A stretch of DNA of 64,000 nucleotides from an uncultured Gemmatimonadales bacterium (GCA_963739455.1 CAVUAK010000001.1:1632001-1696000); one strand, 5' to 3'. Numbered from the stretch's first letter, positions 20,321 through 30,668 are shown. Notes: generated by a model not told the origin, from the sequence alone. Translations and numbers: made by a program.

Positions 20321-21466
20321 GTGACAATGACCAACAGTGTAAGCGCGACAGAGACCCATCGGTTCCAGGCCGTGGACGCCATGCGCGGCCTGGCGGCACT
20401 CGCTGTCGTGTTCTATCACGTGCAGGGCGCCATGAGTCGCGGCGCGCAGCCCTGGTTCCCTGGCGCGTTGAGCTGGCTCGCCGAGCGCGGCCATTTCGGT
20501 GTCAACGTCTTCTTCGTCCTCAGCGGCTTCGTCATAGCCCGCTCCGTCCGCCACGGGTCCATGACACCGGGCTACTTCGGGCGCTTCGTGCTGCGCCGCT
20601 CGATCCGGCTCGACCCTCCATACTGGACCGCCATCGCGCTCGAGGTACTGCTCATCTACGGCGGGCTCGCCCTCTTCCCGTCGCTTGGCACCCCTGCGCC
20701 CACCTGGCCGCAGTTACTCTCTCACCTGGCGTACCTGCAGGACATCCTGGGCTACGGCCAGCTGATTCCGATCTTCTGGACTCTCTGCTATGAATTTCAG
20801 TTCTACCTGGTCCTCGTCGGCGTCCTTGTTGCCGCTCAACAGGTAGCGCGATGGACCAGCCAGCGCGTCGCCCACGGCACCATGGTGATTCTGTTTGTTG
20901 CCCTCTTCTTCGCATCCGTCGGCGCCCATCACGGCTGGCTCAAGGGTGTGCCGCATGGGCTCGCGCTCGACCGGTGGTACGAATTCTTCACCGGCGTCAT
21001 CGCCTGGTGGGTCGTATCCGGCATTCTCCCACTGGCAACGCTCTTCGCCGCCTGGGGTGTCAACGCTGTCCTTGCCCGACACACGGACTCGCTCACCGAG
21101 GGAATCCTCGTGGTCCTGGTCAGCTCCATCTGCCTGCTCAGTGCTCGCTACCCGTCGTTCGACCGCCGGTTCAAGCTGCGACCGCTCCAGTTCCTCGGGG
21201 CGATCTCCTACAGTCTGTACCTGTACCACGCCTCGATCAGCTGGCGTGTGGTGTCACTGGTGCAGCACTTCGCCGGGACGTCACTTTCGGCCGTGGTCGG
21301 CACACTGACATGGTTGGCGGCCGTCGCGGCCGCACTGGTCGCCGGATACCTGGGATGGCGACTGATCGAGGTTCCCTCGATGCGACTCGCGCGGCGTATC
21401 ACCTTGCCGGTGCGCGTCGAGCCGGTGTCGCCAGTTACGTCGCCCGGCGCAGCGCCGGCTCTGTAA
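20321..21466 (+). CDS. Acyltransferase-3 (OafA-like)
   Basis: [36 protein letters not shown] and [11 protein letters not shown] motifs. Confidence 0.92.
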   Translation: MTMTNSVSATETHRFQAVDAMRGLAALAVVFYHVQGAMSRGAQPWFPGALSWLAERGHFGVNVFFVLSGFVIARSVRHGSMTPGYFGRFVLRRSIRLDPPYWTAIALEVLLIYGGLALFPSLGTPAPTWPQLLSHLAYLQDILGYGQLIPIFWTLCYEFQFYLVLVGVLVAAQQVARWTSQRVAHGTMVILFVALFFASVGAHHGWLKGVPHGLALDRWYEFFTGVIAWWVVSGILPLATLFAAWGVNAVLARHTDSLTEGILVVLVSSICLLSARYPSFDRRFKLRPLQFLGAISYSLYLYHASISWRVVSLVQHFAGTSLSAVVGTLTWLAAVAAALVAGYLGWRLIEVPSMRLARRITLPVRVEPVSPVTSPGAAPAL

Positions 21467-22082
21467 CTGCCTGGATCGACTCGAAGCTCTCGCCTGGTGA
21501 CGCTTCCACCAGCACCAGGCCCGTGGATGTCACGTCGATGACGGCGCGCTCCGTGATGATGCGGTCCACGCAGCGCCGTCCCGTGAGCGGCAGGGAACAC
21601 TGCTCCAGGATCTTGGGCCCGCCGTCCCGGGTGCAGTGCTCCATGATCACTACCACCCGGCGCGATCCCGCCACCAGGTCCATCGCCCCGCCCATCCCCT
21701 TTACCATCTTGCCCGGGACCATCCAGTTGGCCAGGTCTCCCTCGCGGGACACCTGCAGCGCCCCCAGGATCGACAGTGGCACGTGCCCGCCCCGGATCAT
21801 CGCGAAGCTGAGTGCGCTGTCGAAGTAGCTGCAACCCGGCAATTCGCTCACCGTCTCCTTGCCCGCATTGATGAGGTCGGCATCCACCTCACTCTCCAGC
21901 GGGTAGGGCCCCACACCCAGCATCCCGTTCTCCGACTGCAGGACGACCGGAATGCCTGCCGGCACGTAGTTGGCCACCATCGTCGGCATCCCGATGCCGA
22001 GATTGACGTAATAGCCGGTGGCGGGCGTCAGGGCGCTCAGCTCCTGCGCCGCGCGGCGGGCGATCACCTCACGGACGTCCAT
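21435..22082 (-). CDS. scoB: 3-oxoacid CoA-transferase subunit B
   Basis: [14 protein letters not shown] (catalytic Glu) and KGMGGAMDL motifs. Confidence 0.93.
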   Translation of the reverse strand: MDVREVIARRAAQELSALTPATGYYVNLGIGMPTMVANYVPAGIPVVLQSENGMLGVGPYPLESEVDADLINAGKETVSELPGCSYFDSALSFAMIRGGHVPLSILGALQVSREGDLANWMVPGKMVKGMGGAMDLVAGSRRVVVIMEHCTRDGGPKILEQCSLPLTGRRCVDRIITERAVIDVTSTGLVLVEASPGESFESIQAVTEPALRRAT

Positions 22083-22783
22083 TCGGCGTGGCCTCCCGGA
22101 CGGTGCGGCGCTCGATGCGCTTGGAATTCTCGCGACACACCACCACGCGCTGCACGAAGATCCCCGGCGTGTGGATCGCATCGGGGTCGAGCGCCCCTGC
22201 TGGCACCAGTTCCTCAACCTCGGCCACGGTGATACGCCCTGCCATCGCCACCAAGCGGGTTGAAGTTCCGTGCCGTCTTGCGATACACCAGGTTGCCCTC
22301 GGAGTCTCCCTTCCACGCATGCACCAGGGCGAACTCGCCGGTAATGCCACGCTCCAGGATGTATTCCCGGCCGTCGAAGCCACGCGTTTCCTTGCCCTCA
22401 GCCACTCGGGTGTTGACACCCGTCGCGGTATAGAACCCCGGTATGCCAGCCCCACCCGCGCGGAGCCGCTCCGCCAGCGTGCCCTGCGGCACCAGCTCGA
22501 CGTCGAGTGTCCCGGAGAGCATCAGCTGCTCGAATACGTCGTTCTCTCCGACATAGCTGGCCATCACCTTGCGCACCTGGTTGTTCCGCAGGAGCTGCAC
22601 CAGCCCGAAACGGGTCGTGCCGGCGTTGTTGCTGACGACGGTCAGCCCCGTACGGCCCAGGTCCCGTACCGCCTCGATGAGTTCCTCTGGAATGCCGCAA
22701 AGCCCAAAGCCACCGACCAGCAGCGTGGCACCCTCGGGAAGGTCCGCAACAGCGCTGCTGGCGTCAGGAAAGAGTTTGCTCAA
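22069..22783 (-). CDS. scoA: 3-oxoacid CoA-transferase subunit A, frameshift near 22255
   Basis: [27 protein letters not shown] and TARNFNP; continues in another frame as [12 protein letters not shown]. Confidence 0.92.
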
Positions 22784-22822
22784 CGCGGAATCGCCTCGAA
22801 CGGGGAAGGCCTCAAATCTATC

Positions 22823-23797
22823 TCAGAAGCTGTGTTCGCGGCGCGGAAGCAGGGGCAGCACCGGCAGGAGCGCCAGGTGCGCCAGGGCGCTGAGGCGCCG
22901 ACCGGGCCACAGCAGCGCGCGGCCATAGAACGAGGCCGCCTTGCCGGCGTCATGCTGCCAGAAATATCTCCAACCCAGGCCGCAGTGCTCCGCGGCGATC
23001 CGGCGGCGCAGGATGGCGCGTTGCTCATCCGTCAGGCGGGCCTCCGCCATGAAGGTTAGCACGCTGCGGAGCGTGGCGTTCTGGATATGATCGCCGCTGA
23101 CATAGCTGTTCTTGCCGTGGCGCCGGACTTCAACCAGCACCTCATCCAGGAACGCAATCGGCATGCCCCCGGCGTACACGTTCAGGATCAGGTACAGGTC
23201 TTCCGCCGACCTGATGTTCGTGTTGGACCACCGTCCCTCCAGTGCCGCGCGCCGGAACACGCTCGCCTGCAGCCACCCCGGAAGGCTGGTACTTGGTGCC
23301 AGCGCCGCGAACGGATCCATCGTGATCACCCGGCCCTCGCCGCCGGCAGCCGGGCGAGTCGGGAGTTCCCTGAGCCGCGGTGCCAGGTCGAACTGCGTAC
23401 CCGGTATCGCGTGTCCGTGGTCTGTCCGGATGAAGTTCGCGAAGCAGTGCCCCACTTCGGGCTCCGACTCCAGCAGGGTGACCATGCGCTCCAGGAAAGT
23501 CGGCCGCCAGAGGTCATCGGCGTCGAGCCACGCGATCAGCTCACCCCGCGCTTCTGCGCGCCCCCGGTTGCGCGCCGACGCCGTTCCCCCGTTTTCGCCG
23601 CTGATGAGGCGCACGCGCGCATCGGTAAACCGCCCCACCACCTCTCGCGTGTTGTCCGTCGAGCCATCGTCCACCACCACCACTTCGAGATCGCGAAATG
23701 TCTGCGCCAGGATGCTCTCCAGCGCATCTGCGATGTACTGCCCGTAGTTGTAGGTCGGGATGATGACGCTGACGAGCGGTTGCCGCGCAGTAGTCAC
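22823..23797 (-). CDS. GT2 glycosyltransferase
   Basis: VSVIIPTYN, VVDDGSTD and WLDADD motifs. Confidence 0.93.
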   Translation of the reverse strand: MTTARQPLVSVIIPTYNYGQYIADALESILAQTFRDLEVVVVDDGSTDNTREVVGRFTDARVRLISGENGGTASARNRGRAEARGELIAWLDADDLWRPTFLERMVTLLESEPEVGHCFANFIRTDHGHAIPGTQFDLAPRLRELPTRPAAGGEGRVITMDPFAALAPSTSLPGWLQASVFRRAALEGRWSNTNIRSAEDLYLILNVYAGGMPIAFLDEVLVEVRRHGKNSYVSGDHIQNATLRSVLTFMAEARLTDEQRAILRRRIAAEHCGLGWRYFWQHDAGKAASFYGRALLWPGRRLSALAHLALLPVLPLLPRREHSF

Positions 23798-24642
23798 AGG
23801 CGAGTTCCAGGACCTTCGATAGCGGTCGTGATGCTGTTGCTAGCGGCTGCCAGGCGGACCGGATCGATGCCGGTGGCTCCGGGGAAGGCCTGTACCAGTG
23901 CCTCGGTGCTGACATTGCCCGGTGCGCCCGGCGCATACGGGCACCCGCCGATGCCACCAGCGCTGCTGTCAAACACCCGTACGCCCATTTCCGCGGCGGC
24001 CAGCACGTTCCTCACCGCCTGCCCAAAGGTATCGTGGCAGTGCAGCGCGATCTGCTCGACCGGTATTTCCAGCAGGACCGACTCCAGCAGCGCGCGCACC
24101 AGGTCTGGGGTGGCTCGGCCGATCGTGTCGCCCAGTGAGATCTCGTGGCAACCGAGGCCGATGAGGGCCGTCGCCACCTCACGCACTCGTTCCGGGGCCA
24201 CCGGTCCCTCAAAGGGGCACACGAACGCCATCGATACATACCCGCGCACCGGAACCCGGGAAGCGGCAATCACGGGCGCGAAGCGTTCCAGTGTATCGGC
24301 AATCGAGGCGTTGGTGTTCTGCCGCGAGAACGTCTCACTCGCCGCCGTGAAAACCGCCACCACATCCACCCGCGCCGCAACTGCCCGCTCCAGTCCCTGA
24401 AGATTTGGCACGAGTGCATGGTACCGGACCCCATCCTGCCGTTGGATGAGCCGGAACACCTCTTCTGCGTCGGCTAGCTGCGGTACCCACTTGGGCGACA
24501 CGAAGCTCGAGACCTCGATATCGGTCAGCCCGGTGCGCGACAGGGCGTCCACAAACGCCACTTTCTCTGCAGTCGGCACGAACCCACTGATGCTCTGCAG
24601 CCCGTCTCTGGGACCGACCTCTACTATCCGCACTTTCTTCAC
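23794..24642 (-). CDS. Hydroxymethylglutaryl-CoA lyase
   Basis: EVGPRDGLQ, SFVSPKWVPQ, HCHDTFG and GGCPYAPGAPGNV motifs. Confidence 0.93.
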   Translation of the reverse strand: MKKVRIVEVGPRDGLQSISGFVPTAEKVAFVDALSRTGLTDIEVSSFVSPKWVPQLADAEEVFRLIQRQDGVRYHALVPNLQGLERAVAARVDVVAVFTAASETFSRQNTNASIADTLERFAPVIAASRVPVRGYVSMAFVCPFEGPVAPERVREVATALIGLGCHEISLGDTIGRATPDLVRALLESVLLEIPVEQIALHCHDTFGQAVRNVLAAAEMGVRVFDSSAGGIGGCPYAPGAPGNVSTEALVQAFPGATGIDPVRLAAASNSITTAIEGPGTRL

Positions 24643-24662
24643 GTCCTCACGTCCTCACGTCC
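24639..24662. repeat. 8-mer tandem repeat (TCACGTCC x3) spanning a stop codon and a start codon
   Basis: The minus strand reads GGACGTGA x3. Confidence 0.8.
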
Positions 24663-25530
24663 TCGCCTGTCGTCTTAGCACCGCCCAGACCAGGTCCCCA
24701 AGATGATACGGCAGTGAAATCCGTCCGATGCGGTAGCGCAGGCCATGCCGCGGCGGACCCCCGTTGCGGGTCGGGTGTGGCCCAAGTCCCAGCGCGTGCA
24801 GGCCATGCGCCAGCGTGATCCACTTGGTTCGCGCGCGATACTCCACCAGCGTCCAGTGCTCCGGAGCGAACAGTGTCGACAGAGACCGTCGGTTCAGGTA
24901 GATCGGGGTGTCGTTGGGCCGGTACTTGTGCCACCTCATCCCCGAGATGCGCGCTACAAGTGCGTCCACATCCCATGTTTCAAGCGCGAGCAGCCCTCCT
25001 GGCACCACCATGTCCCGCAGGATCCGTTCAGCAGCGTGGGGATCGGGGAGCTGTTCGAAGACATTGAGAAAGGTCACCGCATCGTACTGCTGCGGGCCCA
25101 GGAGTGGTGTGGGGAACGGAGCCAGTATCACGTCCAGACCGAACCGCTGCTGCGCGAAGGTCGCCGCCCACTCGCTCACTTCGCAGCCCCGAACCTTCCA
25201 TCCAGCCTTCCGGGCCTCGTCCAGGAAGAATCCCGTGGCGCAACCCACATCCAGCAGGCTCCCGGCGGATGGTGTGTGCGCCATCAGGTCCTGCAGGTAG
25301 TCTCTCGCCCGGTCCCGGTGCAGATCCTCATCTGCTTCGTACGCCGGGTACCCGGCAGGCGACCCGTGGAAGTACGCCTTGCTGTACATCTCGGGGAGCT
25401 GGCTCACCTCCGGTGCACGCTCCGAGTACTGCACCGTGCAATTGCTGCAGCGCAGCACCCGCAAACCATCCTTCACGCCAACCGTCCCCGCTGCTGCGCT
25501 GCCGCAGATGGGACAGTTTTCCTGGATCAT
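24655..25530 (-). CDS. Class I SAM-dependent methyltransferase with an N-terminal CxxC..CxxC
   Basis: CPICG...CSNC, LLDVGCATG and YDAVTF motifs; start uncertain. Confidence 0.85.
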   Translation of the reverse strand: MIQENCPICGSAAAGTVGVKDGLRVLRCSNCTVQYSERAPEVSQLPEMYSKAYFHGSPAGYPAYEADEDLHRDRARDYLQDLMAHTPSAGSLLDVGCATGFFLDEARKAGWKVRGCEVSEWAATFAQQRFGLDVILAPFPTPLLGPQQYDAVTFLNVFEQLPDPHAAERILRDMVVPGGLLALETWDVDALVARISGMRWHKYRPNDTPIYLNRRSLSTLFAPEHWTLVEYRARTKWITLAHGLHALGLGPHPTRNGGPPRHGLRYRIGRISLPYHLGDLVWAVLRRQART

Positions 25531-25665
25531 GCGCGGGATCCTTGGACGGGTGGATGTACTTGGTGCCTCCTGCCAGATCTGCATCCAGATACCCCTCGGA
25601 AAGCCAAGGTAGTCGAAGGTGCGCCCTGGGTCAGGCGGCAGGGGAGCTTGGAACGGCACAATAGT

Positions 25666-25681
25666 GGCAAGGAAGGGGCCA
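25666..25681 (-). promoter_or_regulatory. Candidate sigma-54 promoter
   Basis: Minus strand TGGCCCCTTCCTTGCC, with a TAAGTcagtgtaatacaacgactt tract about 40 bp upstream. Confidence 0.6.
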
Positions 25682-25737
25682 TTGACGATGGCATTGAAGT
25701 CGTTGTATTACACTGACTTATGAGATAAGTTCCATTC

Positions 25738-26877
25738 ATGACACCCCACTTGTGGCCCGGCGGCAACGCGAGTGTGCTGCACGCCATCGCTCCCGGGCCC
25801 GTGGGGGGCGCCGAATCGGTCGTTCTGGGCCTCTCCGCTGGTCTTGCCGAGGCTGGGGTAGGGGTGGTTATCGCGGTCCTGGCAGACCATGGGTCTGGGC
25901 CTTTCATCGAGCAGGCGCGCGCCCAGGGCCGTCAGGTGGAAGTCCTCCCCTCCTCTGGTCGCAACTATTGGCGTGACCGCTCGCTGCTTGTGCAGCTTAT
26001 CCGGGACAGGCGCATCGATGTTGTTCATACCCACGGCTACCGTGCCGACATGATGGGTTTCCTCGCAGCTCGCGCCGAGCGGCGCCCAGTCGTGTCCACA
26101 GCGCATGGATTCACTGGTGGCGGTCGCAGGAATCGACTGAACCAGTGGCTCGCCATGCGTGCCCTCAGCCGGGACGACTGCGTCGTCGCGGTATCCGCCC
26201 CCCTCGCAGCGCAGTTGGAGGTCATGGGCGTCCCCGCCGACCGCATCGCCACGATTCCGAACGCCTGGCGACCACCGACGATTCCGCCACTCGAGCGCGC
26301 TGCCGCTCGCGCTGCACTCGGACTCGAAGGCGACGGCCCGATGCTCGGGTGGGTAGGGCGCCTGAGCCGCGTGAAGGGCGCCGACATTGCCCTCGATGCT
26401 TTCGCACTCATGCGAAACAGGCAGGCGCGCCTCGTTCTCGTTGGTGACGGCCCCGAGCGCGGGGTGCTGGAGGCCCAGGCGAGAGCCCTCGGGTTCGGTC
26501 CGCAGGTGCGGTTCGTCGGGATGATGGCATCGGCTTCGTCCCTCTTGAAGGCGTTTGATGCCGTCGTCCTCAGTTCCCGCAGCGAGGGCACGCCCATGAT
26601 CCTGCTCGAGGCCATTCATGCAGGCGTCCCCATCGTGGCGAGTGCCGTCGGTGGTGTGCCCGACTTGATCACCCCAAGCATTGGTACACTGGTCCCCCCG
26701 AACGATTCCGCGGCACTCGCAGGAGCATTGGACGACGTGCTGTCCCATCCTGGCGCGGCGCATGCGCGGGCACTCGCTGCCCGAACCCGTGTGGCCGAGC
26801 TCTACTCCCCGGAAACATGGGTCAGTCGGCATCTCGCGGTGTACCAGCGTGTCATGGAGCGTCGCATCACCTCATGA
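25738..26877 (+). CDS. GT4 glycosyltransferase
   Basis: GGAE, HTHGY and LSSRSEGTPMILLEA motifs. Confidence 0.92.
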   Translation: MTPHLWPGGNASVLHAIAPGPVGGAESVVLGLSAGLAEAGVGVVIAVLADHGSGPFIEQARAQGRQVEVLPSSGRNYWRDRSLLVQLIRDRRIDVVHTHGYRADMMGFLAARAERRPVVSTAHGFTGGGRRNRLNQWLAMRALSRDDCVVAVSAPLAAQLEVMGVPADRIATIPNAWRPPTIPPLERAAARAALGLEGDGPMLGWVGRLSRVKGADIALDAFALMRNRQARLVLVGDGPERGVLEAQARALGFGPQVRFVGMMASASSLLKAFDAVVLSSRSEGTPMILLEAIHAGVPIVASAVGGVPDLITPSIGTLVPPNDSAALAGALDDVLSHPGAAHARALAARTRVAELYSPETWVSRHLAVYQRVMERRITS

Positions 26878-28061
26878 ACGATTCCGTTGGCCTGCTGCTG
26901 CTGGCAACCCCGGGAGCGCTGTTCGGTTACGCCCTGGCCGGCTATCCCGCATTGCTCTGGCTCGCTTCCCGGGTGGCGCGTCGGCCTCGCACCTGGGGTG
27001 ACCCGGCGGAGTGGCCCCGGATTGCCATCCTGGTGCCGGCCTACAATGAGGAAGCATCGATCGCCGGCACGCTCGACAGCCTGCTCGCCATCGACTATCC
27101 CGCCAATCGCCGTGAGATAGTCGTCATGTCCGACGCCTCCACCGACCGCACCGACGAAATCGTCCGGGCGTATGAGTCGCTTGGTGTGCGGCTCGTCCGC
27201 ATGCAGGTGCGTCGCGGAAAGAGCGCCGCTGAGAATCGCGCCCTTGGTCTCGTCGACTGCGATATCGTGGTCAACACCGACGCCACCATCCGCATTCCGC
27301 CCGCGTCCCTGAAACCGCTGCTGCGCGTCTTCCAGGATCCCACTGTCGGCGCGGCATCAGGTCGTGATGTCAGCGTGGGCGACATCAACGCTGAGGCTAA
27401 CGCCAGCGAGGCTGGCTACGTCGGGTATGAAATGGGCGTGCGTGCGCTGGAAACCCGTCTTGGTGGGATCATTGGCGCGAGCGGCTGCTTCTACGCCATC
27501 CGTCGCGAACTGGTGGATACTGCCTTCCCCGAGGAGTTGAGCCGCGATTTTGCCTCGCCTCTCCGCGCGCGGCAGCTGGGCTATCGCACCGTATCCGTCG
27601 ATGCGGCACTGTGCATAGTACCCCGCGCTCGCTCGCTTCAGGCCGAGTACAAGCGGAAGATCCGCACCATGCTCCGCGGGCTCAACACCCTCTGGTTTCT
27701 CCGGTCGCTGCTCGATCCTTTCCGCTACGGTCGCTTCGCCTGGATGCTCGCGAGCCACAAGCTCGCCCGCTGGCTCGGCTTTCTCACGCTGCCACTCGCG
27801 CCGCTGGGACTCCTGCTCCTGGCACCGTCGCATCGCTGGGCTGCCGTGGCTGCGGCAGTCGCCTTGGCGGGCGCTGCCACCGGGGCGCTGGTCCTTGCTC
27901 GACCGGACTCGGATTCGCTCCCCGGCCTCCTCAAGCGCGCCGGCTTTGCCTTCGCATCGGCACTGGCTGGCTTCATTGCCTGGATGAAATTCTTCAGCGG
28001 CACGAACGCCGCCACCTGGGAACCCACCCGCCGCCCCGACGCTGCGAGTAGCGGACCCTGA
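26874..28061 (+). CDS. GT2 membrane glycosyltransferase (CESA-like)
   Basis: VPAYNEE, SDASTD, TDA and GASGCFYAIRR motifs with flanking TM segments. Confidence 0.9.
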   Translation: MNDSVGLLLLATPGALFGYALAGYPALLWLASRVARRPRTWGDPAEWPRIAILVPAYNEEASIAGTLDSLLAIDYPANRREIVVMSDASTDRTDEIVRAYESLGVRLVRMQVRRGKSAAENRALGLVDCDIVVNTDATIRIPPASLKPLLRVFQDPTVGAASGRDVSVGDINAEANASEAGYVGYEMGVRALETRLGGIIGASGCFYAIRRELVDTAFPEELSRDFASPLRARQLGYRTVSVDAALCIVPRARSLQAEYKRKIRTMLRGLNTLWFLRSLLDPFRYGRFAWMLASHKLARWLGFLTLPLAPLGLLLLAPSHRWAAVAAAVALAGAATGALVLARPDSDSLPGLLKRAGFAFASALAGFIAWMKFFSGTNAATWEPTRRPDAASSGP

Positions 28062-28088
28062 AAGCGAACGCGGGGACCGATAGGCCCC

Positions 28089-28137
28089 CGCAGTTGTTCT
28101 TCCTCCTTACGCAGTCGCGGTTCCTCCTCACGCAGTT
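28089..28137. repeat. 21-bp tandem repeat family, copy 2
   Basis: cgcagttgttcttcctcctta cgcagtcgcggttcctcctca cgcagtt. Confidence 0.85.
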
Positions 28138-28140
28138 TCC

Positions 28141-28941
28141 CTACCACCCACCGCGTCGGAAAAGAATCACCGGCACCGTCCTCAACATGATCTTCAGATC
28201 CTCCGCCAGCCCCCGGCGGTGGATGTACTCATGGTCGAACTGAACCTTGCGCCGCACGTCATCCAGGTTCGTGTCGTACGACTGGTTCACCTGGGCCCAC
28301 CCGGTAATGCCCGGGCGCGCCAGTTGCCGCTTCTGGTAGTCGGGAATCTCTTCCCGCAGCTTCTTGAAGATGCTCGGCCGTTCTGGCCGCGGCCCCACCA
28401 GGTTCATGTCACCGCGCAGCACGTTGAACAGCTGGGGCAGCTCATCCAGCCGGAACTGCCGCAACACCTTCCCGATCGTCGTCACCCGCGAATCGTCATT
28501 CGAAGCCCAGACCGCCCCGGTGCTCTTCTCGGCATCGGTGCGCATCGTGCGGAACTTGTAGATCGTGAACGGAAGTCCGCCCGCGTCATCGCGCCGCCGC
28601 GTATCGCGCCGCGCCGCCCGCCCTGCGCGTCGGTCGAGACCCACCCGGGTCTGGGTGTAGATCACCGGGCCCGGTGAGGTCACCTTCACCAGCACCGCGA
28701 TCACCAGCATGATCGGTGCAGTCACGATGATGAGCACCAGCGATACCGCCACGTTCAACAGGCGCCGCGGGACCTCGTGATTCAGCGCGTCGGGTTGCGG
28801 CTGGTTCAGCACCTCGGCCAGCCTCGGCGCCCGGCGCTGTTCCGGCCTGAACGCCGGCACCGAACTCGGCGTGTTGCGGGTCGTGTGTCGGCCCGGGAGG
28901 CGCTCATCCGATTGCGGCATGACAGACTCAGGCATTGGCAT
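28141..28941 (-). CDS. Priming sugar-phosphate transferase (WcaJ/WbaP C-terminal type)
   Basis: KFRTM, RLDELPQLFNVLRGDMNLVGPRPE and PGITGWAQ motifs. Confidence 0.95.
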   Translation of the reverse strand: MPMPESVMPQSDERLPGRHTTRNTPSSVPAFRPEQRRAPRLAEVLNQPQPDALNHEVPRRLLNVAVSLVLIIVTAPIMLVIAVLVKVTSPGPVIYTQTRVGLDRRAGRAARRDTRRRDDAGGLPFTIYKFRTMRTDAEKSTGAVWASNDDSRVTTIGKVLRQFRLDELPQLFNVLRGDMNLVGPRPERPSIFKKLREEIPDYQKRQLARPGITGWAQVNQSYDTNLDDVRRKVQFDHEYIHRRGLAEDLKIMLRTVPVILFRRGGW

Positions 28942-28946
28942 CAGGG

Positions 28947-29681
28947 TCAGTTCCCGAAGAGACCGGCGAACGCGGCGACGGCGAATGCTATGCCCGTCAC
29001 GGCAGCAATGATTGGCAGGACGTTGGTGCTGCTGCGCCGGCCGACGCTGAACTGGTCTCCCGTGCGGAGGCCGATCCCATCGAGTGACGAGCCGTCGATG
29101 TAGAACTGCCGCACCTGGTACTTCGTGTACAAGGTCTTGTTGTCCCGCCGGATGACCGTGCGCTGCGGATCGCCCGCCGACGCGAGGCCGCCGGCTGCCA
29201 CGATGACTTCCGATGCCGCAGCGTCCGGCGGCAAGTCATAGAACCCTGGCCGCGCCACCTCGCCGACCACCGCCAGCCGGATCAGCGACCGCGCCTGGAC
29301 GTCCGGGTTCGTCATGTACCGGCGCAGCTGTGTGTCAAGGTAGCTGTCCAGCTCTGAGCGCAGCACCCCGTGCAGGCTGATCGGGTTGATGTTCGGCAAT
29401 TCGAGCGTCGTGTCCGGCCGCACCGAGAACGAGTTGCTGAACGCCGAGTCGCCTACCACCACGAGCTGGATCCGGTCACCCGGGATGAAGTCGCCATTGG
29501 TGAGCCGGTTACGTATGACGTCCGCTACCTCGCCGTTCTTCTCATTCGCCGGCAGGGCATCGAGCTGCTTCTGGAGCTGGGCGCGCGTGGCCAGCGGACG
29601 CGGTGTCAGGTCGGGACCCTGGGCCGACGCCGTGCCGGCAAGAGCGCCGAACAGGAGGGCGCTGACGAGCAGCACGCGCAT
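28947..29681 (-). CDS. Polysaccharide export protein (Wza/Poly_export plus SLBB)
   Basis: Signal peptide; PGDRI, VVGEVARPGFY and AAGG motifs; amphipathic or hydrophobic C-terminal helix. Confidence 0.8.
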   Translation of the reverse strand: MRVLLVSALLFGALAGTASAQGPDLTPRPLATRAQLQKQLDALPANEKNGEVADVIRNRLTNGDFIPGDRIQLVVVGDSAFSNSFSVRPDTTLELPNINPISLHGVLRSELDSYLDTQLRRYMTNPDVQARSLIRLAVVGEVARPGFYDLPPDAAASEVIVAAGGLASAGDPQRTVIRRDNKTLYTKYQVRQFYIDGSSLDGIGLRTGDQFSVGRRSSTNVLPIIAAVTGIAFAVAAFAGLFGN

Positions 29682-29924
29682 TCAGGCTTCTCCCGGTGTA
29701 CGACCTAGGGGTGTCGTCAAGCGTTCTCCTATCAGGCCCAGTTGTGTGAGACGCGCGCGGAACCCCGCCAGCTCTGCCTCGGTGTCGGGCGGCAGCAACC
29801 AGGTGCCGCAGGCAGGGCAACGAGGAAAACTCTCGTTGCTCCGCTGCACTGGCTTTGCATCCGCATGACAGGTTGGGCAACTCATCGAATCGCCGGAACC
29901 GGGTTGGGGGGTCCAACTGATCAC
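29682..29924 (-). CDS. Small zinc-ribbon-like hypothetical protein
   Basis: CPTC and CPAC motifs; GAGGAG SD; its stop abuts the wza-like ATG (TGAATG). Confidence 0.5.
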   Translation of the reverse strand: MISWTPQPGSGDSMSCPTCHADAKPVQRSNESFPRCPACGTWLLPPDTEAELAGFRARLTQLGLIGERLTTPLGRTPGEA

Positions 29925-29942
29925 TGCTCCTCAACTTGCAGT

Positions 29943-29958
29943 ATCAAATCTGAAGCCG
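29943..29958 (-). promoter_or_regulatory. Candidate sigma-54 promoter, -12 TTGA variant
   Basis: Minus strand CGGCTTCAGATTTGA; TAAGTacctgtcaattatagtgttac tract upstream at about 29996-30021. Confidence 0.4.
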
Positions 29959-30230
29959 GGAGGGCTCCCAGCGATCTTCGCCCTGCGGCTAGTCCGTAAC
30001 ACTATAATTGACAGGTACTTACGCCAGCGTAACTGTAATGGCATCGACTCGAGCCATTCCTTGACCGACCCCGGGTGTGGGGTCTGCTCAACGTCTCCGG
30101 CCTTGAGTGCGTGCTGCGGACCACAGCCTCGAGGCTTCGGTCCGCCGGTGACGATATTGTTGACATGTGCGCCTATCGGCGCGGAGCCCCACAATGATCC
30201 ATTACGCGGTGCCATGCGCAGGGAACCAGC

Positions 30231-30668
30231 TTGGGTAAGGTGATCCTGATCGCCAACGATCAGGAATGGACGGCGCGCTCCCTGGAGAGCGTGCTGGCCC
30301 CAAGCGGCTATGTCATCCTGCGTGCGTTCACCGGCCAGCAGGCGCTCGATCGCGCCCGCTCGGGTCAGCCGGCGCTCATCCTGCTCGATGCCCAGCTCCC
30401 CGACATTCACGGCTTCGAAGTCTGCCGCACCCTTCGCTCAGACCCCACAGTCGGTCCAGGGGTTCCGGTCATCATTACCACGGCCGGTCCCTCCGGCCGC
30501 CAACAGCGGCTCGAAGCAACCCGGGCCGGTGCCTGGGAGTTCTTCGGCCAGCCGCTCGACAGCGAGCTGCTGCTGGCCAAGGTCGAGACCTTTCTCCGCG
30601 CCGCCGATGCCCTGCGGGCGATTCGCGCGGACTCGCTGCTCCACGAGATTGTCGCCGACCCTTCCTGA
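30231..30668 (+). CDS. Stand-alone atypical response regulator receiver
   Basis: ILIAND, ILLDAQLPDIHGFEVCR and PVIITT motifs; the conserved Lys is replaced (FGQP). Confidence 0.85.
   Translation: MGKVILIANDQEWTARSLESVLAPSGYVILRAFTGQQALDRARSGQPALILLDAQLPDIHGFEVCRTLRSDPTVGPGVPVIITTAGPSGRQQRLEATRAGAWEFFGQPLDSELLLAKVETFLRAADALRAIRADSLLHEIVADPS

Noticed and set aside
25654..25669. CGGCACAATAGTGGCA as a plus-strand sigma-54 box
   Set aside because: Spacing is right, but -12 reads TGGC, it overlaps a better minus-strand box, and the AT-rich tract lies on the wrong side.
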